Assembly: GCA_963767925.1 (NCBI GenBank) | Contig: CAVYGB010000008.1 | Location: forward strand, 960,001-1,024,000 | Direction of reading: 5' to 3' | Length of the DNA stretch: 64,000 nucleotides | Source of the DNA: an uncultured delta proteobacterium | Lineage (GTDB): Bacteria; Myxococcota_A; Polyangia; Fen-1088 | Notes under the pieces: generated by a model | The model's database searches: none | What the model was told of the DNA's origin: nothing | What the model saw: only the letters and a program-made list of their open reading frames with translations | Made by a program: the position numbers and the translations under genes | In this document: in pieces, positions 1 to 11,448 of the stretch | How positions within the stretch are numbered: the stretch's first letter is position 1 | Layout of the letters: every line of letters begins with the position of its first letter

Positions 1-1269
<1,269 letters not shown>

Positions 1270-1314
1270 GGCCCTACGCTATCCAGACCGGCAGACCAGA
1301 GCAAACCGGCCGGG

Positions 1315-2277
1315 TCAGTGGTGGTCGGCGAACTTCTCGCCCGCCTCGACCGCCACCTTGAGGCGGTTCCGGGGCGGGGGCAGGGGGCAGGTGGCGTAGG
1401 CCGTGAACGCGCAGGGGGGCGTGTAGGCCTTGTTGAAGTCGAGCACCACCTTGTCGTCCTTCGGCAGGTCGGTGTAGACGAAACGCCCCGCGCCGTAGGT
1501 CTGCCTGCCGGCGGTCGTGTCGCGGAAGATCACGAACAGGCGCTGATCGCCCTCCGCCTCGATGACAGGGTCCAGCGACAGGTCCCGCGTGCCCAGCCGG
1601 AAGTGGAGGCGGCCCGGGCTGACCATGTCGGTCGTCCCTCCGAGCACGCTCGGAACCTTGACCTTGATTGGCTGGGCGTGGGGCACGAAGCGGGCGACGA
1701 CCTTGTAGCTGGCGTCGGTGCGGTAGTACTCGAGGCCCTTGAAGGCGGTGCGCTTGGGGCTGCGCAGGTCCCGCACCCGGATGCCCATCCGCCCCTCGCG
1801 GTCGATCACGAAGAAGCGCACGTCGCCGATCGCCACAACGTCGTAAGGACCGGGGAAGTCGTCGTTCAGCTCGGCCTTGACCAGGGGCCGGTCTTCGCTC
1901 CCCACCCTCAAGGTGGCCTTGGCCTCGGGCGCCACCTCGACCGTGACCCGACCGTTGGCCAGGGTCAAAACGCCCGCCCGGGCCGGCACCGAATGGCCCG
2001 GCAGGACCACCGCGTTGGTGGCTGCGCTGCCAAAGGGGTTGGCGCCCGGCTTCAGCCAGATCAGGCCAGAGACCACCAGCCAGCCCTCGTCGGAGGTGAG
2101 GCGGGTGAGCCGCTGCTTTTGCCAGGCCTCGATCTCTTTCCCGTAGGTCTCGTCAGCCTGTGCGAGGGGGCCCGTCATGACCGCTGCCAGCGCGAGCGCC
2201 GCCGGGCCGGCCAGGAGCCATCCACGTCGGTTCGCCACATGTCTGTCCTTGCGCATGGTGAAGGGGGAGTCTGTCAC
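1315..2277 (-). CDS. DUF1684 family exported protein
   Basis: Signal-peptide-like N-terminus; C-terminal TYGAGRF...LDFNKAYTPPCAFTAYATCPLPP signature; GTG overlaps the aroE stop (GTGA). The true start may be a few codons downstream. Confidence 0.85.
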   Translation of the reverse strand: MTDSPFTMRKDRHVANRRGWLLAGPAALALAAVMTGPLAQADETYGKEIEAWQKQRLTRLTSDEGWLVVSGLIWLKPGANPFGSAATNAVVLPGHSVPARAGVLTLANGRVTVEVAPEAKATLRVGSEDRPLVKAELNDDFPGPYDVVAIGDVRFFVIDREGRMGIRVRDLRSPKRTAFKGLEYYRTDASYKVVARFVPHAQPIKVKVPSVLGGTTDMVSPGRLHFRLGTRDLSLDPVIEAEGDQRLFVIFRDTTAGRQTYGAGRFVYTDLPKDDKVVLDFNKAYTPPCAFTAYATCPLPPPRNRLKVAVEAGEKFADHH

Positions 2278-3167
2278 CGGGTGGACGGGCTGACCACCCC
2301 CTCGCTGGTCGGCCCGGTCGGGCGGCTGCCCACCGGCCGGCGGGCGGCCCGCAGCAGCGGCGCGGTCGGAGGGAGGCGGCCGACGACCAGCTCGACCGCC
2401 CGCGCGGCCTGATGCACGAGCATCGGCAGGCCGTCCTGGTAGCGGGTGGATCGCCGGCGGGCCAGGGCGGCCAGCGGGGTGGCGTCGCCGTAGGCCATCT
2501 CGAGCACGGCGGTGGCGCGCTCGAGGCCCTTCATCCCCGCGGCGGCCTCCGCCTCGGCCCAGGCCGAGGCCGGGACCGCGGAGACAAGCGCGGTGGCGCC
2601 CTCGAGCGCGCGCTCGAGGCGGTCGGGCGTCCAGGTCGACACCGAGATGCGGGCGCGCGCGCGTGCGGCGAAGCGACCGCGCAGGGCGCGGGCGGGGCCC
2701 GGGCGGCGGGCGATCAGGCGCACCGACGCCCCCGCCGCGATCAGGGCGGCCAGCCCCCCGGCGGCGGCCCCACCGGAGCCCACCAGCACGAAGGTCTGCT
2801 TCGGTCCGGCCTGGATCCCGAGATCGCCCAGCGCGGTGATCAGCCCGTAGCCGTCGGTGTTCTCGGCCCGGATGCGCCGCCGCTTGCCCCGGCCCCGGAA
2901 GACGAGGGTGTTGGCGGCGGCCATCGCGTGCACCAGCGGCGCGGCGCTGTCGGCGATCGCGGCCGCCTCGCGCTTGTGGGGGATTGTGACGTTGAGGTAG
3001 TCGAAGCCACCTTCCCGCAGCCGTTCGACCAGGGGGGCAAAGCCGGCCGGGTCCACGCTGATGGCCTGGTAGCTGCCGTCCAGGCCCAGCGCCCGGAAGG
3101 CGGCGGTATGGATGGCCGGGGATCGGCTGCGGCTCACGTCGGCGCCCAGCACCGCCCCCCGGATCAT
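2274..3167 (-). CDS. aroE: Shikimate dehydrogenase
   Basis: SRSPAIH, NVTIPHK, ANTL, NTDGYG, GSGGAA, DGLPMLVHQA motifs. Confidence 0.92.
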   Translation of the reverse strand: MIRGAVLGADVSRSRSPAIHTAAFRALGLDGSYQAISVDPAGFAPLVERLREGGFDYLNVTIPHKREAAAIADSAAPLVHAMAAANTLVFRGRGKRRRIRAENTDGYGLITALGDLGIQAGPKQTFVLVGSGGAAAGGLAALIAAGASVRLIARRPGPARALRGRFAARARARISVSTWTPDRLERALEGATALVSAVPASAWAEAEAAAGMKGLERATAVLEMAYGDATPLAALARRRSTRYQDGLPMLVHQAARAVELVVGRLPPTAPLLRAARRPVGSRPTGPTSEGVVSPSTR

Positions 3168-4768
3168 GGCTTCTTCTCCGGGGCCAGCGCGACGCTCTCG
3201 ACCCGCGTCCCGACCTCGCCGTCCCGGAACAGCACCTGCAGCGCCTCGCCCGGCTGCACCGCGGAGGCGGCCGTGACCACTTGCCCGTCGGGCCGGCGGG
3301 CCAGGCTGTAACCCCGGTCCAGGACCGACAGCGGCGACAGCGTGGCCAGCTTGGCGGTCAGCCCCTCGAGGCTCCGTCGCCGCTGGCTCAGCCGGCTGGT
3401 GGCCGCCGCGCCCAGGCCCCGCTCCAGGCGGGCCAGGGTCGCCCGCTGCTCGGCGATGCGCCGCTGCGGATGGGCCCGCAGCAGCCGCGCCTCCAGGGCG
3501 CGCAGCAGCTCCCGCTGGCGCCGGACGCCGGCCCGGAGGGCGGTCCCGGCGCGAGCCTGCAGGTCGTCCAGCCCCTGGCGGCGGGCCTCGACCAGGCGGC
3601 GCGGCGCCGGCAGCCGCCTGCCCAGGCGCTCGAGCGCCAGGCGGCAGGTCCGGATTTCGCCCTGGGTCGCCCGGGCCAGCCGCCGCCCGAGGACCTGCAG
3701 CTCGAGCAGCAGGTCGGCCGCCACCGGCACCGAGATCTCGGCGGCGGCCGAGGGGGTGGGGGCCCGGCTATCGGCCACGAAGTCGGCGATGGTGAAGTCG
3801 GTCTCGTGGCCAACGCCGGAGATCACGGGCACCCGGCAGGCGGCGATGGCCCGGGCCAGCCCCTCGTCGTTGAAACACCACAGGTCCTCGGCCGAGCCGC
3901 CCCCCCGGGCCAGGATGACGACGTCGACGTCGCGGACCGCCGCCACCGAGCGGAGCGCCGCCACGATCGAAACGGCGGCGCCGTCACCCTGGACGGGCGT
4001 GGGCGCGAGCAGGATCGGGACGGGGAAACGCCGGTGGGCCACCCGCACGATGTCGCGGATGACGGCGCCGCCCGGGGAGGTCACCACCCCGATGCGCCGG
4101 GGCAAGAAGGGCAGGGGTCGCTTTCGCTCGGGCGCGAACAGCCCCTCCGCGGTGAGCTTGCGCTTGAGCTCCTCGAAGGCCTGCGCCAGCAGGCCCGCGC
4201 CCGCCGGCTCGATGGCGGTAACCGAGAACTGGAACTTGCCCCGCCCCTCGTAAATCGTGAGGCGCCCGCGGCAGCGGACCTGCAGGCCGTCGGCCAGCGG
4301 GATGCGCAGCCGATTCGCCTCGCGCGAGAACAGGACGCAGTCGATCTGGGCCTCGCCATCCTTGAGGCAGAAGTAGAGGTGCCCCGGCCCCGACTTGCGG
4401 CAGCCCGACACCTCGCCCTCGACCCGGACGTCCCCGAAGCGGGTCTCGAGCGACAGCCGCGCCGACCGCACCAGCTCGGTGACGCCGAAGATGCGGGGAG
4501 CAGCGGCCCTGGGGGCCGGTTCGCCGGGCGCCTCGGCCCGGAGGTCGCCCTCCTCCATGTCCCCCCGGTCCCACAGGTCGAGGGGCGGCCCCTCGCCGTC
4601 TTCAATACGGTCTCCGTCGCGGTCCGGGCCGGCGTTTTCGCTGGCGCTCTCGCTGGTTTGCCCGGGCTGGACGGCCTGACCGACCGCCCGCAGGCGGGCC
4701 TCGAAGAACGAGAGTTGCCCGTCCCGGCTCTCCTCCGGCGCGAACGGCCGTCCCCGGCTGCGGGCCAT
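3164..4768 (-). CDS. xseA: Exodeoxyribonuclease VII large subunit with acidic N-terminal extension
   Basis: GEVSG..SGPGHLYFCLKD, IGVVTSPGGAVIRDI, RGGGSAEDLWCFNDE, GVGHETDFTIADFVADSRAPTPSAAA, LSVLDRGYS. Start reassigned to ATG 4768 (MARSRG) just after the upstream stop. Confidence 0.93.
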   Translation of the reverse strand: MARSRGRPFAPEESRDGQLSFFEARLRAVGQAVQPGQTSESASENAGPDRDGDRIEDGEGPPLDLWDRGDMEEGDLRAEAPGEPAPRAAAPRIFGVTELVRSARLSLETRFGDVRVEGEVSGCRKSGPGHLYFCLKDGEAQIDCVLFSREANRLRIPLADGLQVRCRGRLTIYEGRGKFQFSVTAIEPAGAGLLAQAFEELKRKLTAEGLFAPERKRPLPFLPRRIGVVTSPGGAVIRDIVRVAHRRFPVPILLAPTPVQGDGAAVSIVAALRSVAAVRDVDVVILARGGGSAEDLWCFNDEGLARAIAACRVPVISGVGHETDFTIADFVADSRAPTPSAAAEISVPVAADLLLELQVLGRRLARATQGEIRTCRLALERLGRRLPAPRRLVEARRQGLDDLQARAGTALRAGVRRQRELLRALEARLLRAHPQRRIAEQRATLARLERGLGAAATSRLSQRRRSLEGLTAKLATLSPLSVLDRGYSLARRPDGQVVTAASAVQPGEALQVLFRDGEVGTRVESVALAPEKKP

Positions 4769-4770
4769 GG

Positions 4771-5346
4771 CTACTTGCCCGCCCGGCTGGCCGCGCGCTC
4801 CTGATCGGCCGCGTTGTTGCGGATGGTCTCGAGGTCGATCACCGCCCGCCGCTTGCGCTCCTCGGCCTCCGCGGAGAACCCGGAGTACCCCCAGCGGCCG
4901 TCGGTTCCCCGGCGGAACCGGAGGGGGGAACCTCCCGCGGGGAGGGCCTCCTGCTCGTCGGGGCCGACCGCGACCAGCGGGGGCGCTGCGCGAGAAGGTC
5001 CCAGCAGGCGGCCGAGCTCGGCCCAGCGGGCCTCGGACATCTCCTCGGCGAACAGGGTGGCCTCGTCCTCGCTGAGCGCGCCGGCCTCGAACCGGCGGGT
5101 CGCCTGATCCCGCGCCGGCCCCTCCGGCAGGTTGCTCAGCAGGATGTCGTAGGCCTCGCGGTGGGTCTTGCGGATGGTCATCAACGACCAGCGCGTCGGC
5201 AGGTCGAGGACCCGGTAGAGGTCGTCGGCCCGTTTCGCGCTCACCGCCTGCACGAGGCGATGGTACGCCTCCTCGGGGGTTTTTGCCCCCCGATTGCAGG
5301 CGCAAACCGTCGCCGCCGCCAGCAGCACCCAGCCCACGATTCGCAC
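4771..5346 (-). CDS. Hypothetical lipoprotein
   Basis: GTG start gives MRIVGWVLLAAATVCAC (hydrophobic stretch + Cys); GC3-rich frame; abuts xseA. Confidence 0.7.
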   Translation of the reverse strand: MRIVGWVLLAAATVCACNRGAKTPEEAYHRLVQAVSAKRADDLYRVLDLPTRWSLMTIRKTHREAYDILLSNLPEGPARDQATRRFEAGALSEDEATLFAEEMSEARWAELGRLLGPSRAAPPLVAVGPDEQEALPAGGSPLRFRRGTDGRWGYSGFSAEAEERKRRAVIDLETIRNNAADQERAASRAGK

Positions 5347-5446
5347 AGCGTCCCTGGTTGACCGCACCAGGGCCCCAGATACCGGAATCCAGTGTCCCGG
5401 GCAAGGGCCCTGGGGCCGCGCGCGTGCTAAAGTGCCGCGCTCGACG

Positions 5447-6547
5447 GTGAGCGAAGTCGAATCAAGATCTGGACCGCCGGGTGGTCCCGCGGCGGCGGGT
5501 CCCGCGCCCGACGAGTTCGCCCATATTCCGGGCCGCTCGGGGCGGCCCCCCCTGCTGGCACTCCTGACGGTGGCGGTGGCGGTGTTCCTCATCGCGCGCC
5601 TGCGGCACGACGTGGGGTATGCGCTGTCCTCGGGTGCGCCGGCCGAGCTCGGCGACGCGCGGGCGCTGGCGGGCCAGCCCCTCGAGCGGCTCCCCCTCAA
5701 CCGTTACGTCCGGCTCTCTGGCCTGCCCGAACGGGAGAGCGCGGTCATCCTCGATCCCCGGGGCTCCTGGGAGTTCTCGCAGCTCTTCCGGCTGCACGGC
5801 ACCGGCGGCCGCCTGTTCGTGCGCCGCCGCGCGGACCCGTTGCCCCCCGCGCTGGCCGAACGGGACGTCTTCACCGGCCGGCTCATGCGCTTTTCCGATC
5901 TGTCGTTCGCCGAGTCGATCGGTCGCCACTTCGCCGAGCGGGTGACCGCTACCCACTTCTTCCGGGCCAGCGACCTGGCGGCGGCTCTGGCGCGCCCGGG
6001 CGGCTCCCTCGTGGTGCCCGACCGGACCGGCGAAGCGGTGACCCTGTCGGCCAGCGACCGGCTCGCCTTCGACGTGTTACGCCCCGGCGAATACCACCTC
6101 GAGCTGCCGCGCGAGCGGTTCGCCCAGCGGGCCCAGGTCGAGGCGGCGGTGCAGAAGGCCGGCCTCCGGGTCACGCAGACCCGGGAGGCCGGAGCCGTGT
6201 GGGCCGTCATCGGGGCCGTCCCCGACGCCGATCGGGACCGCGCGCTCTCGGCGCTGGCCGAGCTCGACCGGGCGGTCCGTTTCCGGCCGGGCCGCGACAC
6301 CTTCGAGGTCAAGCCGGGCGAGGTGCGGGCGACGCCGGCCGCCTTCGACCTCGGCCCCCCGGCCGGGCTGGTCCCCTTCGACCGGGTGGCCGCCATCCGC
6401 ACGCTTACCGCGGTGCGGGTCCCCGACGACGCCGTCCTGCTGCTGGAGGGGGAGGCGCCCCGCTCGCAGGTCAAGGCGGTGGTGATCCTCGCCGTCCTGG
6501 TCGTGTTCGGAACGGTCAGCTTGCTGGCGCTGCGCCGTCCAGCCTAA
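5447..6547 (+). CDS. Hypothetical membrane protein (N- and C-terminal TM helices)
   Basis: Hydrophobic segments LLALLTVAVAVFLIA and VVILAVLVVFGTVSLLAL; 9 nt upstream of cysS; start uncertain (5432 or 5447). Confidence 0.7.
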   Translation: MSEVESRSGPPGGPAAAGPAPDEFAHIPGRSGRPPLLALLTVAVAVFLIARLRHDVGYALSSGAPAELGDARALAGQPLERLPLNRYVRLSGLPERESAVILDPRGSWEFSQLFRLHGTGGRLFVRRRADPLPPALAERDVFTGRLMRFSDLSFAESIGRHFAERVTATHFFRASDLAAALARPGGSLVVPDRTGEAVTLSASDRLAFDVLRPGEYHLELPRERFAQRAQVEAAVQKAGLRVTQTREAGAVWAVIGAVPDADRDRALSALAELDRAVRFRPGRDTFEVKPGEVRATPAAFDLGPPAGLVPFDRVAAIRTLTAVRVPDDAVLLLEGEAPRSQVKAVVILAVLVVFGTVSLLALRRPA

Positions 6548-6556
6548 ATACCCACC

Positions 6557-8032
6557 ATGTCCTCCACGCTGCGCGTTCACGACACCCGCCTCCGGCGCAA
6601 GGTGGCCTTCGAGCCGAAGACCCCCGGCCAGGTGGGCCTCTACGTGTGCGGCACAACGGTCTACGATCTGTGCCACGTCGGGCACGCCCGCACCTTCGTC
6701 GCCTTCGACGTCATCGCCCGCTACCTGCGCCGCCGCGGCTTCGCCGTGACCTTCGTCCGCAACGTCACCGACGTCGACGACAAGATCATCCGCCGCGCGC
6801 AGGCCGAGGGGAAGACCGCCACGGAAATTTCGACCACCTACACCGAGGCGATGCGCGAGGATTTCGCCGCCCTGGGGCTGGCCCCGCCCGACTCCGAGCC
6901 GCTGGCCACCGCCCACATCCCCGACATCGTCGATGTCATCCGCCGCCTCGAAGAGAAGGGGCTGGCCTACGCCGCCCAGGGGGACGTCTACTACTCCGTC
7001 GGGCAGTTCGAGGCCTACGGGGGCCTCTCCGGGCAGAGCACCGACGAGCTCAAGGCTGGAGCGCGGATCGAGGTGGGTGAGCAGAAGCGCAGCCCGCTCG
7101 ACTTCGCCCTCTGGAAGGCGGCCAAGCCGGGCGAGCCCGCCTGGGAGAGCCCCTGGGGCCCGGGCCGGCCGGGCTGGCATATCGAGTGCTCCGCCATGGC
7201 CCGCTGCTGCCTGGGGGAGAACTTCGACTTTCACGGCGGGGGCACCGACCTCATCTTCCCCCACCACGAGAACGAGATCGCCCAGTCCGAGGGGGCCTTC
7301 GGAGCGGGGACCTTCGCCCGCCACTGGCTCCACTCGGGCATGGTGAACTTCGGTGGCGAGAAGATGTCCAAGTCGCTCGGGAACGTGGTCTCCATCCGCC
7401 GGGTGGCCGAGACCCACGATCTCGAGGCGCTGCGGCTGCTGCTGATCAGCGTCCACTACCGCAGCCCCCTGGCGTTCACCATCGGGCCCGAGGAGGACGG
7501 GCGGGCCGGCCTGCCCGATCTCGACGACGCCGAGGCCCGCCTCGAGTATTTCTACCGGACGCTCGAGCGGCTCGAGGCGGTGGTGGGCCCGCAGGCCGCG
7601 GCCCCCGGCGCGCCGACCGAGTTCCGGACCCGCTTCGAAGCCGCCATGGACGACGACTTCAACACGGCGGCCGTCGTGGGCCACATGTACGACGCCTTCG
7701 TGGCGATGAACAAGCTGCTCGACGAGCCCAAGGCGCTGCCGAAGGCCGAGCGGCTGGCCACCCTGTCCGCCCATGGCCGCGATCTGCGCGAGGCCGGCGT
7801 CACGCTGGGCATGTTGCAGCGGCCAGCCAGCGCGTTCCTGCTGGCCCGCCGGTCCCGCCTGTGCAGCCGGCGCAAGATCGATCCGGCGGCGGTCGAGGCG
7901 GGGATCGTCGACCGGACGGCCGCCCGAGCCGCCCGGGACTTCGCTCGGGCCGACGAGATCCGGGCCGAGCTGCGCGCGCGCGGCATCGAGCTGATGGACA
8001 CCCCCGCCGGCACGACCTGGCGGGTGGCCTGA
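6557..8032 (+). CDS. cysS: Cysteine--tRNA ligase
   Basis: YVCGTTVYDLCHVGHAR (HIGH), DFALWK, GRPGWHIECSAM, FPHHENEIAQS, KMSKSLGN. Confidence 0.97.
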   Translation: MSSTLRVHDTRLRRKVAFEPKTPGQVGLYVCGTTVYDLCHVGHARTFVAFDVIARYLRRRGFAVTFVRNVTDVDDKIIRRAQAEGKTATEISTTYTEAMREDFAALGLAPPDSEPLATAHIPDIVDVIRRLEEKGLAYAAQGDVYYSVGQFEAYGGLSGQSTDELKAGARIEVGEQKRSPLDFALWKAAKPGEPAWESPWGPGRPGWHIECSAMARCCLGENFDFHGGGTDLIFPHHENEIAQSEGAFGAGTFARHWLHSGMVNFGGEKMSKSLGNVVSIRRVAETHDLEALRLLLISVHYRSPLAFTIGPEEDGRAGLPDLDDAEARLEYFYRTLERLEAVVGPQAAAPGAPTEFRTRFEAAMDDDFNTAAVVGHMYDAFVAMNKLLDEPKALPKAERLATLSAHGRDLREAGVTLGMLQRPASAFLLARRSRLCSRRKIDPAAVEAGIVDRTAARAARDFARADEIRAELRARGIELMDTPAGTTWRVA

Positions 8033-8089
8033 GACCCGGCCCGATTCGGGCCATTCCGAAACCGTCCCGGCCGCTCCGGACGAACAGCC

Positions 8090-9031
8090 TCAGCGGGAGT
8101 CGTTTTCGCCGCCCGCCAGGTAGGCGAGGATGACCTCGTCGAGGCTGCGATCGGCGACCGGCTCGGGAGCGGGCGGGGCGGCGGGCGGGGCGACGGGCGC
8201 GGCGGCGGTGCGGGGGCTGACCGCGCTCACCGGGGCGGCGGCAGGCTGCAGCGGCAGATCGAGCTGCGAGGCCTTCTCCGGCGGATCGGCCAGCGGGTGC
8301 GTGCCCTCCTTGACGACGTAGGGGATCGACTGCGCGGGCCGCCGCGCCCGCATCGGCGGGCGGGCGCTCGCGGCGTCGCCGCCACCTCCCACGCCCACCG
8401 TGCGCTGGACCACCACGGGCCCGCCCATCACCGGCGTTGGCTTGGGCACCCGCCGCCGCTCGGCGGAGACGGTGGCGTATGCCCCCGTGATGGTGGGCGG
8501 AGCCGGGATGGCCACGGGCGTCGGAGTGGCAAGCTCGGCCAACTCCTCGATGACGTCGGTCGCGGACGAAACCGCTGAATATTCTGGCGGATCGAGCGTG
8601 GTCGGCTCGTCATCGAACGTGTCGGCAAACGTGGTCGTCAGTGCGACATCCGCGGGCGCCGGCGGCTTGACCGGCTCGGGAGCCGCGTCCAGATCCAGGG
8701 CCTGGGTTTCCTTCGCCTCGGCCGCCGGTGCGTCCAGCGTTTCGCCACGAGAGTGGAAAAACGCCGTGATCCGGACCTCGTGTTTGCCGCTCTTGAGCTC
8801 CTTGAGGATGGCCTTATGCTGGCTCTGCATGAGCGCGCGCACGACGTCTTCAGCAGCGTTGGGATCGTACTCGAGCTTCTTGGATGCGAGGATCGTGCCG
8901 CCGAAATAAAGATGGGTGAAGATACGGGGACTGATAGGACCCGAGTCTTCGGTCTGGACGTGGAAAATCCGGCCGCGATATTTTACGTTGTGATTGAAGC
9001 CGAGTACGGGGCTCCGAATCGGCTTGGCCAT
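8090..9031 (-). CDS. Conserved-looking hypothetical protein (globular N-terminus, Pro/Ala/acidic linker, short C-terminal helix)
   Basis: N-terminal GFNHNVKYRGRIFHVQTEDSG...THLYFGGTILAS, low-complexity middle, C-terminal RSLDEVILAYL; TATAAT 8 nt upstream of ATG. Confidence 0.8.
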   Translation of the reverse strand: MAKPIRSPVLGFNHNVKYRGRIFHVQTEDSGPISPRIFTHLYFGGTILASKKLEYDPNAAEDVVRALMQSQHKAILKELKSGKHEVRITAFFHSRGETLDAPAAEAKETQALDLDAAPEPVKPPAPADVALTTTFADTFDDEPTTLDPPEYSAVSSATDVIEELAELATPTPVAIPAPPTITGAYATVSAERRRVPKPTPVMGGPVVVQRTVGVGGGGDAASARPPMRARRPAQSIPYVVKEGTHPLADPPEKASQLDLPLQPAAAPVSAVSPRTAAAPVAPPAAPPAPEPVADRSLDEVILAYLAGGENDSR

Positions 9032-9090
9032 TGATCCCGATTATAGCCGGGCTCAAGGCTGTGCTAAACTCTGACGAAGGAGTCGGTAGC

Positions 9091-9393
9091 GTGGTCAGCG
9101 TCACCGCTCGCAAGATACGAGACACGAGCCGGGACCGCATGTCTCCGATGGCGCTCGGCCGCGCCTACACCGGATACCTCATCAGCTATCCGACGATCGG
9201 CCGTGGCATGGTGATCTTTCGTGATCCCAACGGCCACCGGATGGTCACCACCCCAGTGCGGCGCGTGCTGGGCGAGTTCGGTCGTGAAGAGGTCTACGTG
9301 GAGACGGAGAACTCGGTCTATCGGCTGACGTTCCGCTCCGGGACCCGCACTGCGGCGTCCCGCCCGATGGTCAAGGAAGCCAGCGAGCGCTGA
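9091..9393 (+). CDS. Small hypothetical protein
   Basis: GTG at 9091 preceded by AAGGAG; protein-like composition (GRGMVIFRDPNGHRMVTTPVRRVL...YVETENSVYRL). Confidence 0.65.
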   Translation: MVSVTARKIRDTSRDRMSPMALGRAYTGYLISYPTIGRGMVIFRDPNGHRMVTTPVRRVLGEFGREEVYVETENSVYRLTFRSGTRTAASRPMVKEASER

Positions 9394-9447
9394 TCCGGGC
9401 CGGTCGACGACCCGCCGAGGGCTGCCGCTGGCCCCCGGGCCCCGGTT

Positions 9448-11448
9448 GTGAAATCCTCCGACCCGATGCTGCGGCAAGCGCTGATCCTGGCGGCCGGGCG
9501 CGGCCGACCGGTGGCGGCGCCCGAGGTGCCCAATTGCCTCGCCCTGGTGGGCGGCGCGGAGCTCTTGCTCCGGCAGCTCCGGGTTTTGCGACGCGTCGGC
9601 GTCCGCCGGGTCGCCATCACCCTCGGGTGGCAGGGGGCCCTGATCGAGGCCCGCGTCGACCGCTGGCGGGCGGCCGAGCCGGTGGCCAGTCTCCCTGACG
9701 AGATCTGCTTCTTCCACAACCCCGGCTGGGACCGTCCCAACGGCCTCTCGGTGCTCGCGGCCCGGTCCTTCGTCACCGAGCCAACGCTGCTCCTGATGGC
9801 CGATCAGATCGCGGCGCCGGGGCTGGTCGAGCGGCTCGCCGTCCGACCGGCGGGCGACCTGACCGTGCTGGGGGTGGACCGGGAGCTGTCGCGGGTCTAC
9901 GACATCGACGATGCCACCAAGCTCACGCTCGACCAGCTCCACGCCGGCGACGATCAGGCCCGGCGCGGGCGCCTGCGGGTGCGGGCAATCGGCAAGGGCC
10001 TCAACGACTATCAGGCGGTCAGCACCAGCCTGTTCGCCCTGGCCCCCTCGCTGATCGACTGCCTGGACGCCCTGCCCGAGCCCTCGCTGACCGAAGGGGT
10101 GGGGGAGGCCGCCCGCCGGGGCCTCGTCGACGCCGTCGATGTCACCGGCTCGGTCTGGCAGGACGTTGATTCGGCGGAGATGCGCCTGCACGCCGACTGG
10201 CTGCTGCGCGCGTACGGCGACGAGCTGCTGCGCCCCTCCGTCCAGGCCGAGGGTCCGGCCCCGGCCAGCGACACCCTGGACCTGGTCGAACGGCTGCTCG
10301 CGGAAAAGGACGCCCCCCGCTACGTCCTGTTCAACCCGGGGCCGGTGATGACCTCGGCCCGGGTCAAGGCGGCCCTGGTCCACCACGACATCTGCCACCG
10401 CGACGAGGACTACGAGGGCGTCGTCCACCGGCTGCGGGACAAGCTGCGCCCGGTGTTCGGGGCCTCGCCCCAGCACGACATCCTCCTGCTGACCGCCTCG
10501 GGCACCGCCGCCATGGAGGCGGCGCTGGTCTCCGGCGTGCCGCCCGGCAAGAAGCTGCTGACGGTCTCGAACGGGGCCTTCGGCGAGCGGCTGGCGGAGA
10601 TCGCGGAGACTCATGGGATGCCCCACCGGCGGCTCGAGCTGCCCTGGGGAGAGCCGATCGAACCGGATCAGGTGGCGGCGATCCTCGCCCAGGATCCGGC
10701 GATCGGGGCGGTGGCGATGATGCGCCACGAGACCTCGGTCGGGCTGCTCAACCCCGTGCCGGCCATCGGTCGCATCTGCCAGGAGCGGGACGTCCTGCTG
10801 CTCGTCGACGCCGTCTCGGCCCTCGGCGCCGAGGAGGTGGACGTGGTGGCCGACAGCATCGACATCTGCTTCAGCTCGTCGAACAAGTGCCTGCACTCGG
10901 CGGCCGGGGTGGCCCTGGTCTGCGTGTCGCCCCGGGTCTGGCCGCGCATCGCCGGCGCCCGCCCGCCGACCTATTACCTCGATCTCTCGCGCTACCGTCG
11001 GGCCGCCGACCAGCGCGGGCAGACCCCCTTCACCCCGGCCGTGTCGGCCTTTTTCGCCCTCGAGACCGCGCTCGACGAGCTGCGGGAGGGCGGGGGCGTG
11101 CCGGGCCGGCGGGAGCTCTACCGGCGGCGCAACCTGCGCATCCGGCGGGTGCTGAACTCGCTCGGATTCCAGTCTTTCACCAACACCGGGCGGGAGTCGC
11201 AGACCATCTCGACGGTCAAGGTGCCGCCCTGGGTGTCGGTGCAGGAGCTGTACGACCGGCTCAAGCAGCGGGGTTACGTCATCTACAAGGCCAAGGGGAT
11301 CCTGCAGGCCGATCACATCCAGGTGGCCAACATGGGCGAGCTGCCCGACGACACAATCGACGCCTTCCTGCAGGCCCTCACCGAGGTGGTCGAGCGCTTG
11401 CGGGAGGAATCGGACGCCGGCCAGCCCGCGCGCCGGAGGTCCGTCTAG
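9448..11448 (+). CDS. Fusion: nucleotidyltransferase (LicC/IPCT/PntC-like) + class V PLP aminotransferase (2-aminoethylphosphonate transaminase/PhnW-like)
   Basis: N-domain ALILAAGRG...LLLMAD...DIDDATK...WQDVDS; C-domain FNPGPV, HETSVGLLNP, LLVDAVSA, SSSNKCL (PLP Lys), FTPAV. Confidence 0.85.
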   Translation: MKSSDPMLRQALILAAGRGRPVAAPEVPNCLALVGGAELLLRQLRVLRRVGVRRVAITLGWQGALIEARVDRWRAAEPVASLPDEICFFHNPGWDRPNGLSVLAARSFVTEPTLLLMADQIAAPGLVERLAVRPAGDLTVLGVDRELSRVYDIDDATKLTLDQLHAGDDQARRGRLRVRAIGKGLNDYQAVSTSLFALAPSLIDCLDALPEPSLTEGVGEAARRGLVDAVDVTGSVWQDVDSAEMRLHADWLLRAYGDELLRPSVQAEGPAPASDTLDLVERLLAEKDAPRYVLFNPGPVMTSARVKAALVHHDICHRDEDYEGVVHRLRDKLRPVFGASPQHDILLLTASGTAAMEAALVSGVPPGKKLLTVSNGAFGERLAEIAETHGMPHRRLELPWGEPIEPDQVAAILAQDPAIGAVAMMRHETSVGLLNPVPAIGRICQERDVLLLVDAVSALGAEEVDVVADSIDICFSSSNKCLHSAAGVALVCVSPRVWPRIAGARPPTYYLDLSRYRRAADQRGQTPFTPAVSAFFALETALDELREGGGVPGRRELYRRRNLRIRRVLNSLGFQSFTNTGRESQTISTVKVPPWVSVQELYDRLKQRGYVIYKAKGILQADHIQVANMGELPDDTIDAFLQALTEVVERLREESDAGQPARRRSV

